Shown here: positions 28,479-41,709 of the stretch, piece by piece
Layout of the letters: each line of letters starts with the position of its first letter
Numbering within the stretch: the stretch's first letter is position 1
Origin: Octopus vulgaris
Taxonomy: Eukaryota
NCBI GenBank assembly: GCA_951406725.2
Contig: OX597828.1
Location: forward strand, 22,258,001-22,322,000
Direction: 5' to 3'
Length of the DNA stretch: 64,000 nt
Notes under the pieces: generated by a model
The model's database searches: none
Told to the model about the DNA's origin: nothing
Seen by the model: the letters and a program-made list of their open reading frames with translations, nothing else
Program-made: the position numbers and the translations under genes

Positions 28479-28944
28479 TGGTAGGTAGAGAGCCAGAGAG
28501 TGAAAGCGGGTGTAGACGAGAGAGACATGTCTCTTACAGGTAATGGATATGTCTTGTTAGGTGTGTGTATGAACTTTCAGATCGAGGATTCATTGTTACC
28601 TGTTATAGTTCTGCTCAGTATTGTATCGATAATGTAGAGAACCATTTCAATAAAATTTCCCTCTCTATTCATGCACACGCATGCAGTACACACCTACACA
28701 CACACACAGACACACGCACAGCCACATATCCAGCCACACGCATAAAGCGTTATTAACGCAGCAACACCAACTATAACACCAAATACACCCACATATATAT
28801 ACATGTTATAAAGCAGTACATATTCCATATGCGTATGCATTTTGATGATACCGTGTTAGAATAACGTCAAACTCATGCATGTGAGCGTGTGTTTTGTGTA
28901 ACTGTGTACGTGTCAATGCACACATACATGCAGGCATGCACAAG

Positions 28945-29136
28945 CACATACACACACACGCACACACACATTTATATATACAAGTTTATGTACGGGCATA
29001 TTATATATATATACACACATTCTCACATATTAGTGGTTATATTTATATATATATATATGTATAAATATATATGCATATATATACATACGTATACATATGT
29101 ATACATTTATATATATATATATATATATATATGTAT

Positions 29137-29213
<77 letters not shown>

Positions 29214-29287
29214 GATAGATATAGATATATGTATATATATATATTTATGTATACGTATGTATATATATGTATATATATAGACATATA

Positions 29288-29343
<56 letters not shown>

Positions 29344-29435
29344 CGTATGCATATATATGTATATGTGTATATATGTATATATATATGCGTGTGTGCGCGT
29401 CGGTGTGTGTATATATATGTATATGTGTGTATGTG
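28945..29435. repeat. Degenerate (TA)n field
   Basis: Read directly from the sequence. Confidence 0.92.
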
Positions 29436-30274
29436 TCGCGTTTTTTATGAGTAGCTCTGTTTGTATGGTAGTGCTTAATCGTAAACATTTGTTGATGTAT
29501 ACACACACACAAGCAACCATAAACACATGCACACATACCCGCCCCCAACACACACAGACACACGTACACACACAACTTCATACACACACACATACACATT
29601 ACATTGTATAAGTTATTTATTTATTTATTTTTTTAATGTTATTTGTGTCCAACCAACAAGATAATGAGAAGCGACTATTCCGAGTCATTATCGACTGAAA
29701 AATCGACATCGATAGAGAAAACATCAATTGGAAATATTTTATTAAATTCGATCATTGATTAAGGAAGTTGAGGGCCATTAGCGATGACCAAGTCATAATC
29801 AGTTGTTGCTGAAGACTAAAATAACAAGACTCTACACCTGCCGTTCCACACACCTTACACGCCAAACCAAAACAAAATTATCCATAAATGCAAGAACTAC
29901 GATAATAACAACTAAAAAAAAAACAGAAAAAAATCTAATGAAACAGATAGTAAAAAAATAAAAGAGAACATCTTTCTATCTTATCGTAGTAATAAATTAC
30001 GAAACGTAATGATTAATTATAATATCAAATAAATAAATAAATATATAAATAAATAAATTTAATTATTAAATATAGAAGTACAGAAAAAAAGACACTCCAA
30101 GCAAACAAGTAGAAAAAATAGTTAAATGTAACTTCGAAGAGCGGCTGACAAAAGAGATACAGTGATAGCTCGTATGTATGTATGTATATATATATATATA
30201 TATGTATTCACACACATCATATATATATATACATATGTATATAAATATATATATACACATACATATACATATAT

Positions 30275-30324
<50 letters not shown>

Positions 30325-30937
30325 GTATATATATATATATATATATATATACATTTACATACGTTATAAGTGTGAGTGTATGAGAATGTATGCTTACGCA
30401 TACTTATGTCGAGATATATAGTTATACATGTATAAAACTAGAACATACACAGGCGCACGCAGAAATAAGTTTGTCTGTCTGTGTATGTGTTTGTGTCCAC
30501 ATGTGTTTAGGTTCCACCATGAAATACAAAAGAACGGTTTCTCTTAATTACATTAGAATCTTAAAGTATTATTTACCTGTGTGATAATAGTGGGGTAAAC
30601 ATCACCTTACTTTACCTATTACAGCATTACCACTACCAGTACACCACAAGTAGAATTAATACTAGCAACATAAATAATAACTGTAATAGTGGTACTAACA
30701 GTACAAACTTTTTCAAATTTTAGCAAAAGGGTAAATCCGACATTGGTGGTGTGTTATTCGATAACATCAACATCAGTTGTTAAATTTTATTTGCTATTTA
30801 TCGAACTCGAAGAGATCAGTGGAAACACTGACATCATTGGGTTTTGAGCTTAGGACACAAATACCCGAAAGAAATTTTGCGCTAACGATTTTTCCAGCTC
30901 GATATTGTTTATCACCTTGCAAATTTATAAATATATA

Positions 30938-31175
30938 TAGGGTGGAGCAAAATTATGTTTATAGTTATTCAATTATCTCTTTCGCATTCATATATTAACA
31001 GTTTTAGATCTTAATTATGAAAAAAAAAAATGAAACCGTTATTCTATGCTAATTTAGTTAATTTAGTCAAGCTCCGATTTAGTTTGTAAGATAGAAATTC
31101 AAATGTAATAAAATGTTTTAAAAGAAATTTAAAGTGCATACGTGATAACTATAGACCTACTTTTGGACCACCCTG
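30938..31175. mobile_element. MITE, Tc1/mariner-like
   Basis: About 31-bp imperfect TIRs tagggtggagcaaaattatgtttatagttat and ataactatagacctacttttggaccaccctg. TA on both flanks. Confidence 0.85.
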
Positions 31176-31229
31176 TATATAAGTACATACACCATTTTTT
31201 TTTTTTTTTGGTGTGTGATGTTATACGAA

Positions 31230-31973
31230 GTTTCTTATGACGGAAAGGACAAGTGGATATTCTAGACACTTGTAACTGGTTCGTGCTTCAGTTTATGACC
31301 AACGGAACGATAAAAGCCACATTCTGCACGGCGAAATTTGAACACGCAATATAAATAACCTATTGAAATACCACAAATTACTTCGTCTGTCACTCGTACG
31401 ATTCTACTGGTTTCCACCTAATTAAGGATAATCATTTCAGCTAATGATAACAGCGCCTAAAGTTTTGAAAGAAGATTTCTTCGATTACTTCGACTCTAGT
31501 TTTCAGGTGGATTTTTGACTCGACCCCGAAATGACCAATGGTAAAGTCGACTTCGGCGGAATTTCAACTTTGTACTTAAAGACAGATGAAATTCCGCTCA
31601 GTATTTTGTGCGGTTTATTAAAGATTCTGCCAGCTCACGCCTTAATAAATAAATAAATTAATTAATAATACTTTCTATTAAAGGCACAACGTCTAAATTT
31701 TTTGGTGGGGACTAGTCGATTACAACGACACCAGTGTTTTAATGGTACTTAATATATCGGACCCGTAAGGATGAAAGGCGAATTCGACCTCGGAGTTATT
31801 TGAACTCAAACTATAAATACCGCTAAGCATTTTTGCCCGTGGTGCTAACGATTAGGCTAGCTTGCTGCCTTAGTCACTTTATTAATAGTAAAAATGATTA
31901 TAGTCCTTTCTAATATAGACACAAGGACCGGGATTTTTGTGGAGAGGTGAGTCGATATCATCGACTCCAGTGC

Positions 31974-32027
<54 letters not shown>

Positions 32028-32240
32028 CTTTTCTGCGAAAGGCACAAGGCCTGAAATTGTGCAGGAGGGGGCTAGTCGATAATATGCACCCCAGTGTATA
32101 ACTGATACTTATTCCACGGACTTGGAAAAGATGAAAGGCAGAATCAACCTCAGCAGAATTTGAATTCAGGACGTAAGGACGGACGAAAAGCCGCTAAGCA
32201 TTTTGCCCTAAGTGATAATGATTCTACCAGCTCACCGTCT
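31230..32240 (-). mobile_element. Head-to-tail cluster of about 5 SINE-B copies of different ages
   Basis: Copies at about 31230-31420, 31440-31642, 31671-31871, 31905-31972 and 32027-32240, separated by AAT-rich spacers. A further decayed copy lies at about 30715-30902. Confidence 0.85.
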
Positions 32241-32303
32241 CAATAATGATGATGATGATGATGGCGATGATGATAATAATAACAACAACAACAACAACAA
32301 CAA

Positions 32304-32367
<64 letters not shown>

Positions 32368-32370
<3 letters not shown>

Positions 32371-32875
32371 CTGTTTTCAGTCTTTAAGGAAGCTGACAAA
32401 AGGAAAGTGGTACTACCTAACAACTATGAAGAAAAAGAAGAAACATCAAAAGCTGTAAGACTAATGAAATCCAAATTAAAACTAGAACAGGAACGGAGCA
32501 TAATAAAACAATAACAAGAAATGTCCCTTCATAGCAAATATTGGTCTGAATTAAATGCAAAATAAACAGACAAAGCAAACTCCCAGCAATGGTTGAGATT
32601 CTCAGGACTCAAAGCAGAGACTGAAGGACTTTTAATTGCAGCACAAGACCAAAGACTCCTCACCAGAAATTACCAAGACATATAATGAATATGAATATAA
32701 AAAGTAACTACAGAATATGTGGAGTTGGAGAAACAATAAATAATATTATCTCTAGCTACTCAGTCCTGGCTAAGAAGGAATATATTCACAGACACGACAG
32801 AGTTGGGACATACACACACCGGAAGCAATGCAAACACTAAGGAATAATAACAGAGAAAAGATGGTATGGGCACAT
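32368..32875 (+). mobile_element. R4/Dong-clade non-LTR retrotransposon fragment 1
   Basis: SQQWLRFSGLKAETEGLLIAAQDQ...RICGVGETINNIISS...KKEYIHRHD (decayed CCHC knuckle and RHD). Begins directly after (AAT)n. Confidence 0.88.
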
Positions 32876-33022
32876 CGGATCAACCCCAGTACGCAATTGG
32901 TACTTGATTTATTGTCGCCGAAAGGATGAAAGGCACAGTGGACCTCGGCGGAATTTGAACTGAGAACGTAAAGACACGAAATACCGCTAAGCATTTCGTC
33001 GAGCGTCCTAACGATTCTGCCA
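32876..33022 (-). mobile_element. SINE-B
   Basis: ccccagtacgcaattggtac...gaaaggatgaaaggc...gaaataccgctaagcatttcg. Confidence 0.88.
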
Positions 33023-33071
33023 ATAATGATGATGATGATGATGATGATGATGCTGATGATAATAATAATAA

Positions 33072-33105
<34 letters not shown>

Positions 33106-33112
33106 GGTGGTG

Positions 33113-33163
<51 letters not shown>

Positions 33164-33196
33164 ATAGTAGTAGTAGTAGTAGTAATATCCATAAAC

Positions 33197-33440
33197 AAAA
33201 CTTCTTTAGGATGCCTTTTGAAAGGGATAGGCTAATCGACCAGAAGAAAATTCAAACTGGGCCCCACCTCCAAGGTCATGCGCTGTTTATCTAGATATGA
33301 GATCCCCATGTCACACACATATGGTTCCGATGCCTGTGCCAGGTGTACCCTTATCAGACGAGTAGTAATGATGGGTAAACTAGGCTTAGTATGTTTTACC
33401 CAAGTCTCATTTTGATGACATGCATTGCTATCTCACTGGA
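33197..33440 (+). mobile_element. 3' part of the unclassified AAT-tailed repeat (same family as 26622-27090)
   Basis: Homology within the window; runs into (AAC)n(AAT)n. Confidence 0.78.
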
Positions 33441-33462
33441 TAACAACAACAACAACAACAAC

Positions 33463-33512
<50 letters not shown>

Positions 33513-33589
33513 TAATAATAATAATGATAATAATAATAATAACAATAATAATAACATTAATAATAATAATGATGATGATGTTAATGATA

Positions 33590-33668
<79 letters not shown>

Positions 33669-33733
33669 TAATAATAATAATGATAATAATAATAATAACA
33701 ATAATAATAATAATGATGATGATGTTAATGATA

Positions 33734-33798
<65 letters not shown>

Positions 33799-33804
33799 TA
33801 TAAT

Positions 33805-33840
<36 letters not shown>
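33441..33840. repeat. Compound (AAT)n/(GAT)n microsatellite with internal block duplication
   Basis: The interruption pattern ...gatgatgatgttaatgataatgatgat... occurs twice (about 33571 and 33715). Confidence 0.95.
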
Positions 33841-33843
<3 letters not shown>

Positions 33844-34572
33844 GATGGCTGCGGATGACTAAAAGTGATTTAATACTGGAAACAGAGGCTCTAACCTGTG
33901 CAAGCACTAAAAAGAAACTGCATGAAATATAGAATAGACAACACATCAGAAAGTGATAAGTGCAGAATAGGTAAACTAAATGGTGAAACCGTATAGCATA
34001 TTACCAGACAATGTACGCCACTAGCCCAGAAGGAATATAAGAGACGCCACGACAATATAGCAACGAGTATAGACTTGACCGAGGAAAAAATTGGTAGGAC
34101 CACAAACGCGAAGGCATCATCGAAAATGATAATGCAAAGATCCTGTGGGATTTTGTGATTCAGTGCAACCATGAAATAGAGAACACCAAGTCTGACATAG
34201 CCTTAATTGATAAAGAAACGAAACTATGCTCGATGATAGATATAGCATGTCCATCTGACATTAAGGTATGCGATGAGGAAGAAAGAAATGTCGATAGGTT
34301 TGACAGGTTAGCTTGGGAGGTAAAGCTGTTGTGGTCGAAGAAAAAGGTGGTAGTGGTACCAATAATTTTCGGAGCCCTGGGAACAGTGAGTAAAAATCCC
34401 GAGAAGTACATGGAATAAATAGGGGCTGCAATTAGGTTTGAGAACTTGCTGAAAACAGCACTGCTTGGAACCGCTCGAATAGTCCGGATGGTGCTTGAAA
34501 AATAAGAGGTGTTACTTTAGTTCACTGGTAGTGAACATCTGAGACCGCAGTACATCTGCAGCGTTAGAAGGC
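33841..34572 (+). mobile_element. R4/Dong-clade LINE 3' end, fragment 2 (RLE endonuclease)
   Basis: KCRI..ETV*HI..C.PLAQKEYKRRHD, KILWDF.IQC, SDIALIDK...IDIACP, VPIIFGALG, LLGTARIVR. (AAT)n on both sides. Confidence 0.92.
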
Positions 34573-34656
34573 AATAATAATAATAATGATAATAATCATA
34601 ACAACCACAGCAACAACAACAACAACAACAATAACCACAATAACAACAACAACAAC

Positions 34657-34730
<74 letters not shown>

Positions 34731-34769
34731 TGATGATGATAATAATAATAATCATAATAATAATAATTA

Positions 34770-35288
<519 letters not shown>

Positions 35289-35293
35289 TGATG

Positions 35294-35325
<32 letters not shown>

Positions 35326-35332
35326 GATGATG

Positions 35333-36266
35333 ATAGAAACGGATCAAACAGACTGCGAAATAGAAGAAGCAAAAATAATTTGAGGAGCGATGGAGACAGA
35401 AATCTCTGAATGGAGAGCATATACTTCGAAGCCGAAATAAAGGTGTAGACCAAGCAACATACCTTCTACTAAAAACTGAAGGCCTGAAACTAAGTGACTA
35501 ACTTTCTTCAAAATGGTTCTGACCCTAAATACAGATTATGTGATGAATTTGATGAAGCAATAAACCACCGCGTCTCGGGATGTCTTGTGCTGACACCAAA
35601 TGATTGCAAAAATCGCGAAGCTAGGGAAAGACTGTATTTACACCTAGGAAAATATGTAAACACTACAAAATTAGCATTCCTGCTTACAGGTATGAACATC
35701 ATCCTGAGTCAGTCGTTGAAAGTAAAAATTTCACTATCCTCTGTGATTTTCCAGTCAAAACTGACAAAATGATCCAGGCTAACAGACCAGACATAGTCAT
35801 CAAAGTCGGGGGAAGAAAATACTTATAGACTAATAGATGTAAGCGTTCCCACTGATAAAAACCTATCTGTAAAGGAATTTGGCAATTTAAGTAAATATAA
35901 GGACCGGGAAATTGAAATACAAACGATGTGGCATCTTCAAGTGAGAACTGTTCCTGTTATTGTGTGTGCCCTATGTATGCTAAAATTGGGAGGTTAGAAA
36001 AATGCAGGTAATATCCCAGGAGAACCATGTCCCAGAGAAATCCAAAGATTGTGCTGACAAGTATTGCCTACTTCCTTACAAAAACCCTACCAATTTAAAT
36101 ATCTGTGTTGTATTAAATGAAGATATTTCCCTACTGCTCCTGCCACTTCCCCTCCTCAAGCTTTCAGTCATACTGTAGTTTCTCTTATCATTCACTAGCT
36201 CTAGGATGCCGGGTGTGTTAGGCGGGTGATTCTAACAAACATATATATTAAAAGTAAATAATACCA
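35333..36266 (+). mobile_element. R4/Dong-clade LINE 3' end, fragment 4
   Basis: RLCDEFDEAINHRVSGC, YEHHPESVVE, IQANRPDIVIK, LIDVSVPTDKN, SKYKDREIEIQTMWHL, VPVIVCAL. Ends in (AAT)n. Confidence 0.88.
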
Positions 36267-36287
36267 ATAATAATAATAATAATAATA

Positions 36288-36410
36288 TTCCTTCCTACGA
36301 TAGCTACACGGCTTGAAATTTTAGGGAAGGGGACTAGTCAATTACATCGATCCCAGTACTCCACTAGTAAATTATTTATCGACTTCGAAAGGATAAATGG
36401 CAAGGTCGAT
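36288..36410 (-). mobile_element. SINE-B 3' fragment
   Basis: gaaattttagggaaggggactagtcaattacatcgatcccagtac...gaaaggataaatggcaaggtcga. Confidence 0.8.
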
Positions 36411-36719
36411 AACAATAATGTTTTCCGAGTAAGGAACAGGATCAGCAATTTCTACGATATTATCGGCTCCAGTGCCTGATTGTTATCTTTGTCTATTGTT
36501 CCAAGAGTGATGAAAATCAAAGTTGACTTCGACACGTCGTCATGATGATTTAGACAGAATACCAACATAGACTGAAATAGAATTAAACAGTAAAAAACAT
36601 AACGCCCAGAAAAACAACATGACAAAAGTAACATCACAAAAACAGCAATTTAAACAACCATAGAACAATTCCTGTCCAGAAGAAAAAAAAATAGCAGCGA
36701 TATTATGAGACAGAAGATG

Positions 36720-36840
36720 GCGGCGGACAACGTCAGACAAAAATGCTTGGCAGCATTTCGTCCGTTTTATGTCCCGAGTTCAAGGTACGCCAAAGTCGAC
36801 TTTAACTTTTACTCTTCCGGGGTTGATAGCAAGTACCTGC
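36720..36840 (+). mobile_element. SINE-B 5' fragment
   Basis: aaatgcttggcagcatttcgtc...gagttcaa...gtcgacttt...ggggttgata. Confidence 0.7.
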
Positions 36841-37184
36841 TGGCCTTGGGCAAAAATGGGAAGCCGATATCATGAGACGGAGGATCCATATTGTATATAA
36901 AACCAAGATGAGAGTGAAAATTAAGAAACGATGTGCAACTCAGTATTTGGTTTTAATGAAATTTTTTGTACTTTCTATCATATTTCCTTGGGAGTAGGAA
37001 TGAAACAGAGAAGGGCTTGAGCTTCTGGAACACCGACGTTTTTAAAGAATTTTGTGAAGGCATTTTACTTCAGGTCAAGCAATTTGATGCATTGGTGAAC
37101 ACAAAAAAGATTAGAAAAAAAAAAAGATGAAAATAAAATGAAAGATAATATAATTTTAAAAATTCTGTAAGTCAACCTGAACGA

Positions 37185-37301
37185 ATACATACATATAAAT
37201 ATATGTGTGTATGTATATGTATATATAAATATATATATGTGTGTGTGTGTAATATACATCCATATATATATTGCACATGTAATATTTGTATATATATCTA
37301 C

Positions 37302-37355
<54 letters not shown>

Positions 37356-37574
37356 ATGTTATACATAATCTGTACATGTATGTACACACACTCACACACA
37401 CATATATATGTTACACATGATCTGTGCATATATATATATATTTATATATATATATATATATATACATACATACACATTTATATTTGCATACATACATACA
37501 TACATAAAAACATACATATACACATACGTACGTACACACAGACACACATATATTTTTGTGTGTATGTGTGTATA

Positions 37575-37632
<58 letters not shown>

Positions 37633-37720
37633 TGTATATGTATGTATGTATGTATATGTATGTATGTATGTATGTGTATTTATGCATATATGCATATACA
37701 TATATATGTATGTCTACCTA
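37185..37720. repeat. TA/TG/CA/TATG microsatellite field
   Basis: Read directly from the sequence. Confidence 0.92.
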
Positions 37721-38321
37721 TGTGAGTGTCGTCTCCTGGAAATGCATTACAGAACGTCATAATTCAGCTTTTGTGCTTTTCTTATTTCATACTTAATGGC
37801 AATTATGTTTCTGTATTCTTTCTTTCCTTAGAAACTATTGCCCGAATAATCTCAATTTGGAATCATTGGAGCGAAATTTTGTCTTCAGGCGTGACGACAA
37901 AATATAGGAGACATTAAAAATTTCAATTCTATGAAATGCTGATATGCACGTTTATTGAGGACTCGTTAACTGTGAAAGGTAAAATAGGTTTTTAAATGCA
38001 CTCAACCCGTGTCTCAAAGCTGTTCTCAAACCATTGCTTATTCTTCTTCTCTGTCTCCTCACCTCTTTTCCCCCCTCTCTCTCTGTCTTTTCCTCTCTCT
38101 CTCTGTATTTCGTTCTCTTTCCTTCGTTTCTCGTTATCACATATCTCAAAATACAAACCCTCACAAAGAAAAGTATGCTCACGCACATACGTGTGTACAT
38201 GATATATAAATACACACACATGCAAATATATATTAAACAGAAAGACAGATTGTGAGAGAAAGATGTGTCTCAGCGTGTATATGTGTATGTGTGTTGTTCA
38301 TCTTTATAGATGCATACAGAC

Positions 38322-38353
<32 letters not shown>

Positions 38354-38891
38354 ATATATATATATATATAGATACACATTCATACATACATACATACATA
38401 CATACACACATACACACACATATATATATATATCTTCTTATTCTTCCCTCTCGACGTCTAAGCAAGCACATTTTTGCGAACACACGTTTTTACACATGCA
38501 CACACAGACACACAAGAATACATTCGCACACACACACAAGTAAACATTCACACTCATATAAACATATGCACACACGCGCATGTGGTACGCTGTCGCAGGA
38601 ACTTTGTGCTGGTAAGTAGGTAGTGGTGGTGTCGATGCTATTGGAAATGCGCATCAAACCATGAATTCCAACGCATTAAAAGACCGATTGCACCAATATT
38701 CCATTGACACAATTGCCATAACAATTAACCTATTCGCTAGACTCGTTTCAAAATGAAACGAGGCTACTCTGAAGAAAATATATATATCATTAGCCTACAT
38801 GGACATTAGTCTGTATATTTATTAGCCTCATTTCACTCGGTATTCGATTTGTACGGCTTTCATTTGGGTTGAAATATTTTTTCCAATTTCA

Positions 38892-39285
38892 TCTTTATAC
38901 ATAAAACTGTAGTTGTGTGAGTGTCTGTCCCCTTCGATTTAGATTCCTAACTACTCCCACATTTTGCGGTGCAGTTTAACCAAAACCGGGTGTCTTATAG
39001 TCGTGATTCATATCAAGCTTTTCTGGGTATTAGCGCGCGTCTACGATGAGTGTACGATTTTAAAAATAATTTACCATCATTTTTTTCCATTTTCATGCAT
39101 ATTTTTTTAAAGGGAAGTAACTCTCTAAAAATGTCTACGATGAGTCAACGATTTTTAAAAAAATTTACCATCATATTTTTTCCATTTTTAATGCATTTTT
39201 TTGCTATTTTTTGGCTATAACTCTCTAAAAATGCTGTATAGTTATTTCCCTTACAAACCCGAGCAACGCCGGGCGATACTGCTAG
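38892..39285 (+). mobile_element. Non-autonomous Helitron
   Basis: A|TC 5' end (38891/92), subterminal hairpin cccgagcaacgccggg (39258-73), CTAG|T 3' end, no TSD. Internal tandem duplication of about 95 bp (tctacgatgagt...). Confidence 0.88.
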
Positions 39286-39342
39286 TATACCATAAATTGC
39301 TACTACGGAGTCTCTTCAGACATTATATTTACTTTATGTTAA

Positions 39343-39755
39343 GCATGGCTTTGTGATAAGGATCTTGCTTATCTACCCCATGCTTGAAAGTACAGAATCA
39401 TTGCTTAGCACCCTGGGCAAGAGACTGTTACTATACCCTCGGACCTACTAAAACCTTGTGAGTAGTTTTGGTGAGCGGAAATAGGAGGTTGCTCGTCCTA
39501 TGTGTGTGTATATTTATATGTGTGTGAGTGTCATTGTATCTGTGTTTACCCCCCCCCCCCCAACACAACTTGACAATCATGGTTGCTATGCTTACTCCCT
39601 CGTAACTTAGCGGTTCGGCGAAAATGAACGATTGAATAAGTGTCAGCTTTTAATAAATGTAAGTAATGGTCGATTTATTCTACTAAATATTCTTCGAGAC
39701 TTTGCTCTAGCATGGTCGCAGTCTAATGACTGAAGTACAAAGATGGTAAAAGATA
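39343..39755 (+). mobile_element. SINE-A, old, near full length
   Basis: Degenerate head, gtaacttagcggttcggc, and tail gctctagcatggtcgcagtctaatgactgaa. Confidence 0.82.
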
Positions 39756-39919
39756 GCATTCATTTGAAGTTTTCGATATTGCCAAAGATCACGTGTTAAA
39801 GTAACGCGTATTAAAAAAATATCTTAAAATATTTTGAGATTCAACAATATTTGCTAATATCAGGAAAGTCGAGTTTTCTTCAAAGGGAAATCCATGTGAA
39901 AAGCTTTACCGTAAATAAT

Positions 39920-40132
39920 CCTTAGTAATATAGGCACAGGAACTGAAATTTCGTGGATGGGGATATGTTGATTACATCGACCCCAGTACTCAACTGGTGC
40001 TTATTCTAAAGACCCCTAAAAGATGCAAAGCAAGCTCGACCTCGGCAGAATTTGAACTCAGAATGTAAGGATGGATGAAATGCCACTAAGAACTTTGCTC
40101 TGCGTGCTACCGATTCTTCCAGCCCACCGTCC
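39920..40132 (-). mobile_element. SINE-B
   Basis: gattacatcgaccccagtactcaactgg...tcgacctcggcagaatttgaactcagaa. Confidence 0.85.
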
Positions 40133-40161
40133 TGTTTACCGTTACAAATGCAAAGACAGCG

Positions 40162-40936
40162 TTTTCTTATTTCTTTATTGCACACAGGGAGCTAAACATA
40201 AAGGGTACAAACAAGGACAGACAAACGGATTAAGTCAATTACATCGACCCCAGTGCGTAACTGATACTTAATTTATCGACCACGAAAGGCTGAAAGGCAA
40301 AGTCGACCTCGGCGGAATTTTGAACTCAGAACATAACGGCAGACGAAATACCTATTTCGTTACTATCCACAAGGGGCTAAACACAAAGAGCACAAACAAG
40401 GACAGACAAACGGATTAAGTCGATTATATCGACCCCAGTGCGTAACTGGTACTTATTTAATCGGTCCCGAAATGATGAAAGGCAAAGTCGACCTCGGCTG
40501 AATTTGAACTTAGAACGTAGCGGCAGACGAAATACCTATTTCTTTACTGCCTACAAGGGGCTAAGCACAGAGGGGACAAACAAGGACAGACAAATGGATT
40601 AACTCGATTATACCGAACTCCAGTGCGTAACTGGTACTTAATTTATCGACCCTGAACGATGAAAGGCAAAGTCTACCTCGGTGGAATTCGAAGCTAACGA
40701 TATACCTATTTCTTTACTACCCACAAGGGGATGCACACAGAAGGGACAAACAAGGTCATACAAAGAGATTAAGTCGATAACATTGACCCCAGTGCGTAAC
40801 TCGTACATAATTCATCGAACCCGAAAGGATGAAAGGCAAAGTCGACCTCGGCGGATTTTGAACTCAGAACGTAGCGGCAGACGAAATACCGCTAAGCATT
40901 TCTCCCGGTGTGTTAACGTTTCTGCCAGCTCGCTGC
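40162..40936 (-). mobile_element. SINE-B tetramer (one head + four body units of about 184 bp) with TSD
   Basis: Junctions at 40352/53, 40536/37 and 40706/07. Flanking direct repeat (tgc)aaagacagcg at 40149-61 and 40934-46. Confidence 0.92.
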
Positions 40937-41420
40937 AAAGACAGCGCTTTCGGTTAACTGATATAAGCTGTTCAAATTACACCCCCTCAAGATAGCCGTC
41001 TGTCGTTTCTTCTTCATTCCAAGATAATAATGAGTTTCAAGTAAAAGCTTTGCGCCCTTATTGTGTGCTTCACAAATGAAGAGCGGAAACTCTTCTATAT
41101 GCATAGAAGTTTATAGACGCTTTACGGAGATGTAACCATTTACAAGAGCATCGAGGTATGTTGTGAAAGCAGATAAACATAATATTATAAACGTATTCAA
41201 ATATGGCTACGCATGTGTGTATATGTGTGCGTGCGTGTGTGTTGGTGCCCGTGTACGTGCACGTGCGCTTGTGTGCGTACATTGTAATCTCATATTATTA
41301 ACATTTCAGTAAATAATTAAGTTTTGTTTGTGTGCTACTTTTATTAAAAATGTCAAAAACATTTTCTTTCAGCACAATCTCAATTTTGCTCGATATTTCG
41401 CAGAATCAATCTATTGTACT

Positions 41421-41709
<289 letters not shown>

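Noticed and set aside
40162-40936. CRISPR-like or satellite interpretation of regularly spaced repeats
   Set aside because: Whole units are repeated with no unique spacers, the context is eukaryotic, and the units are SINE bodies.
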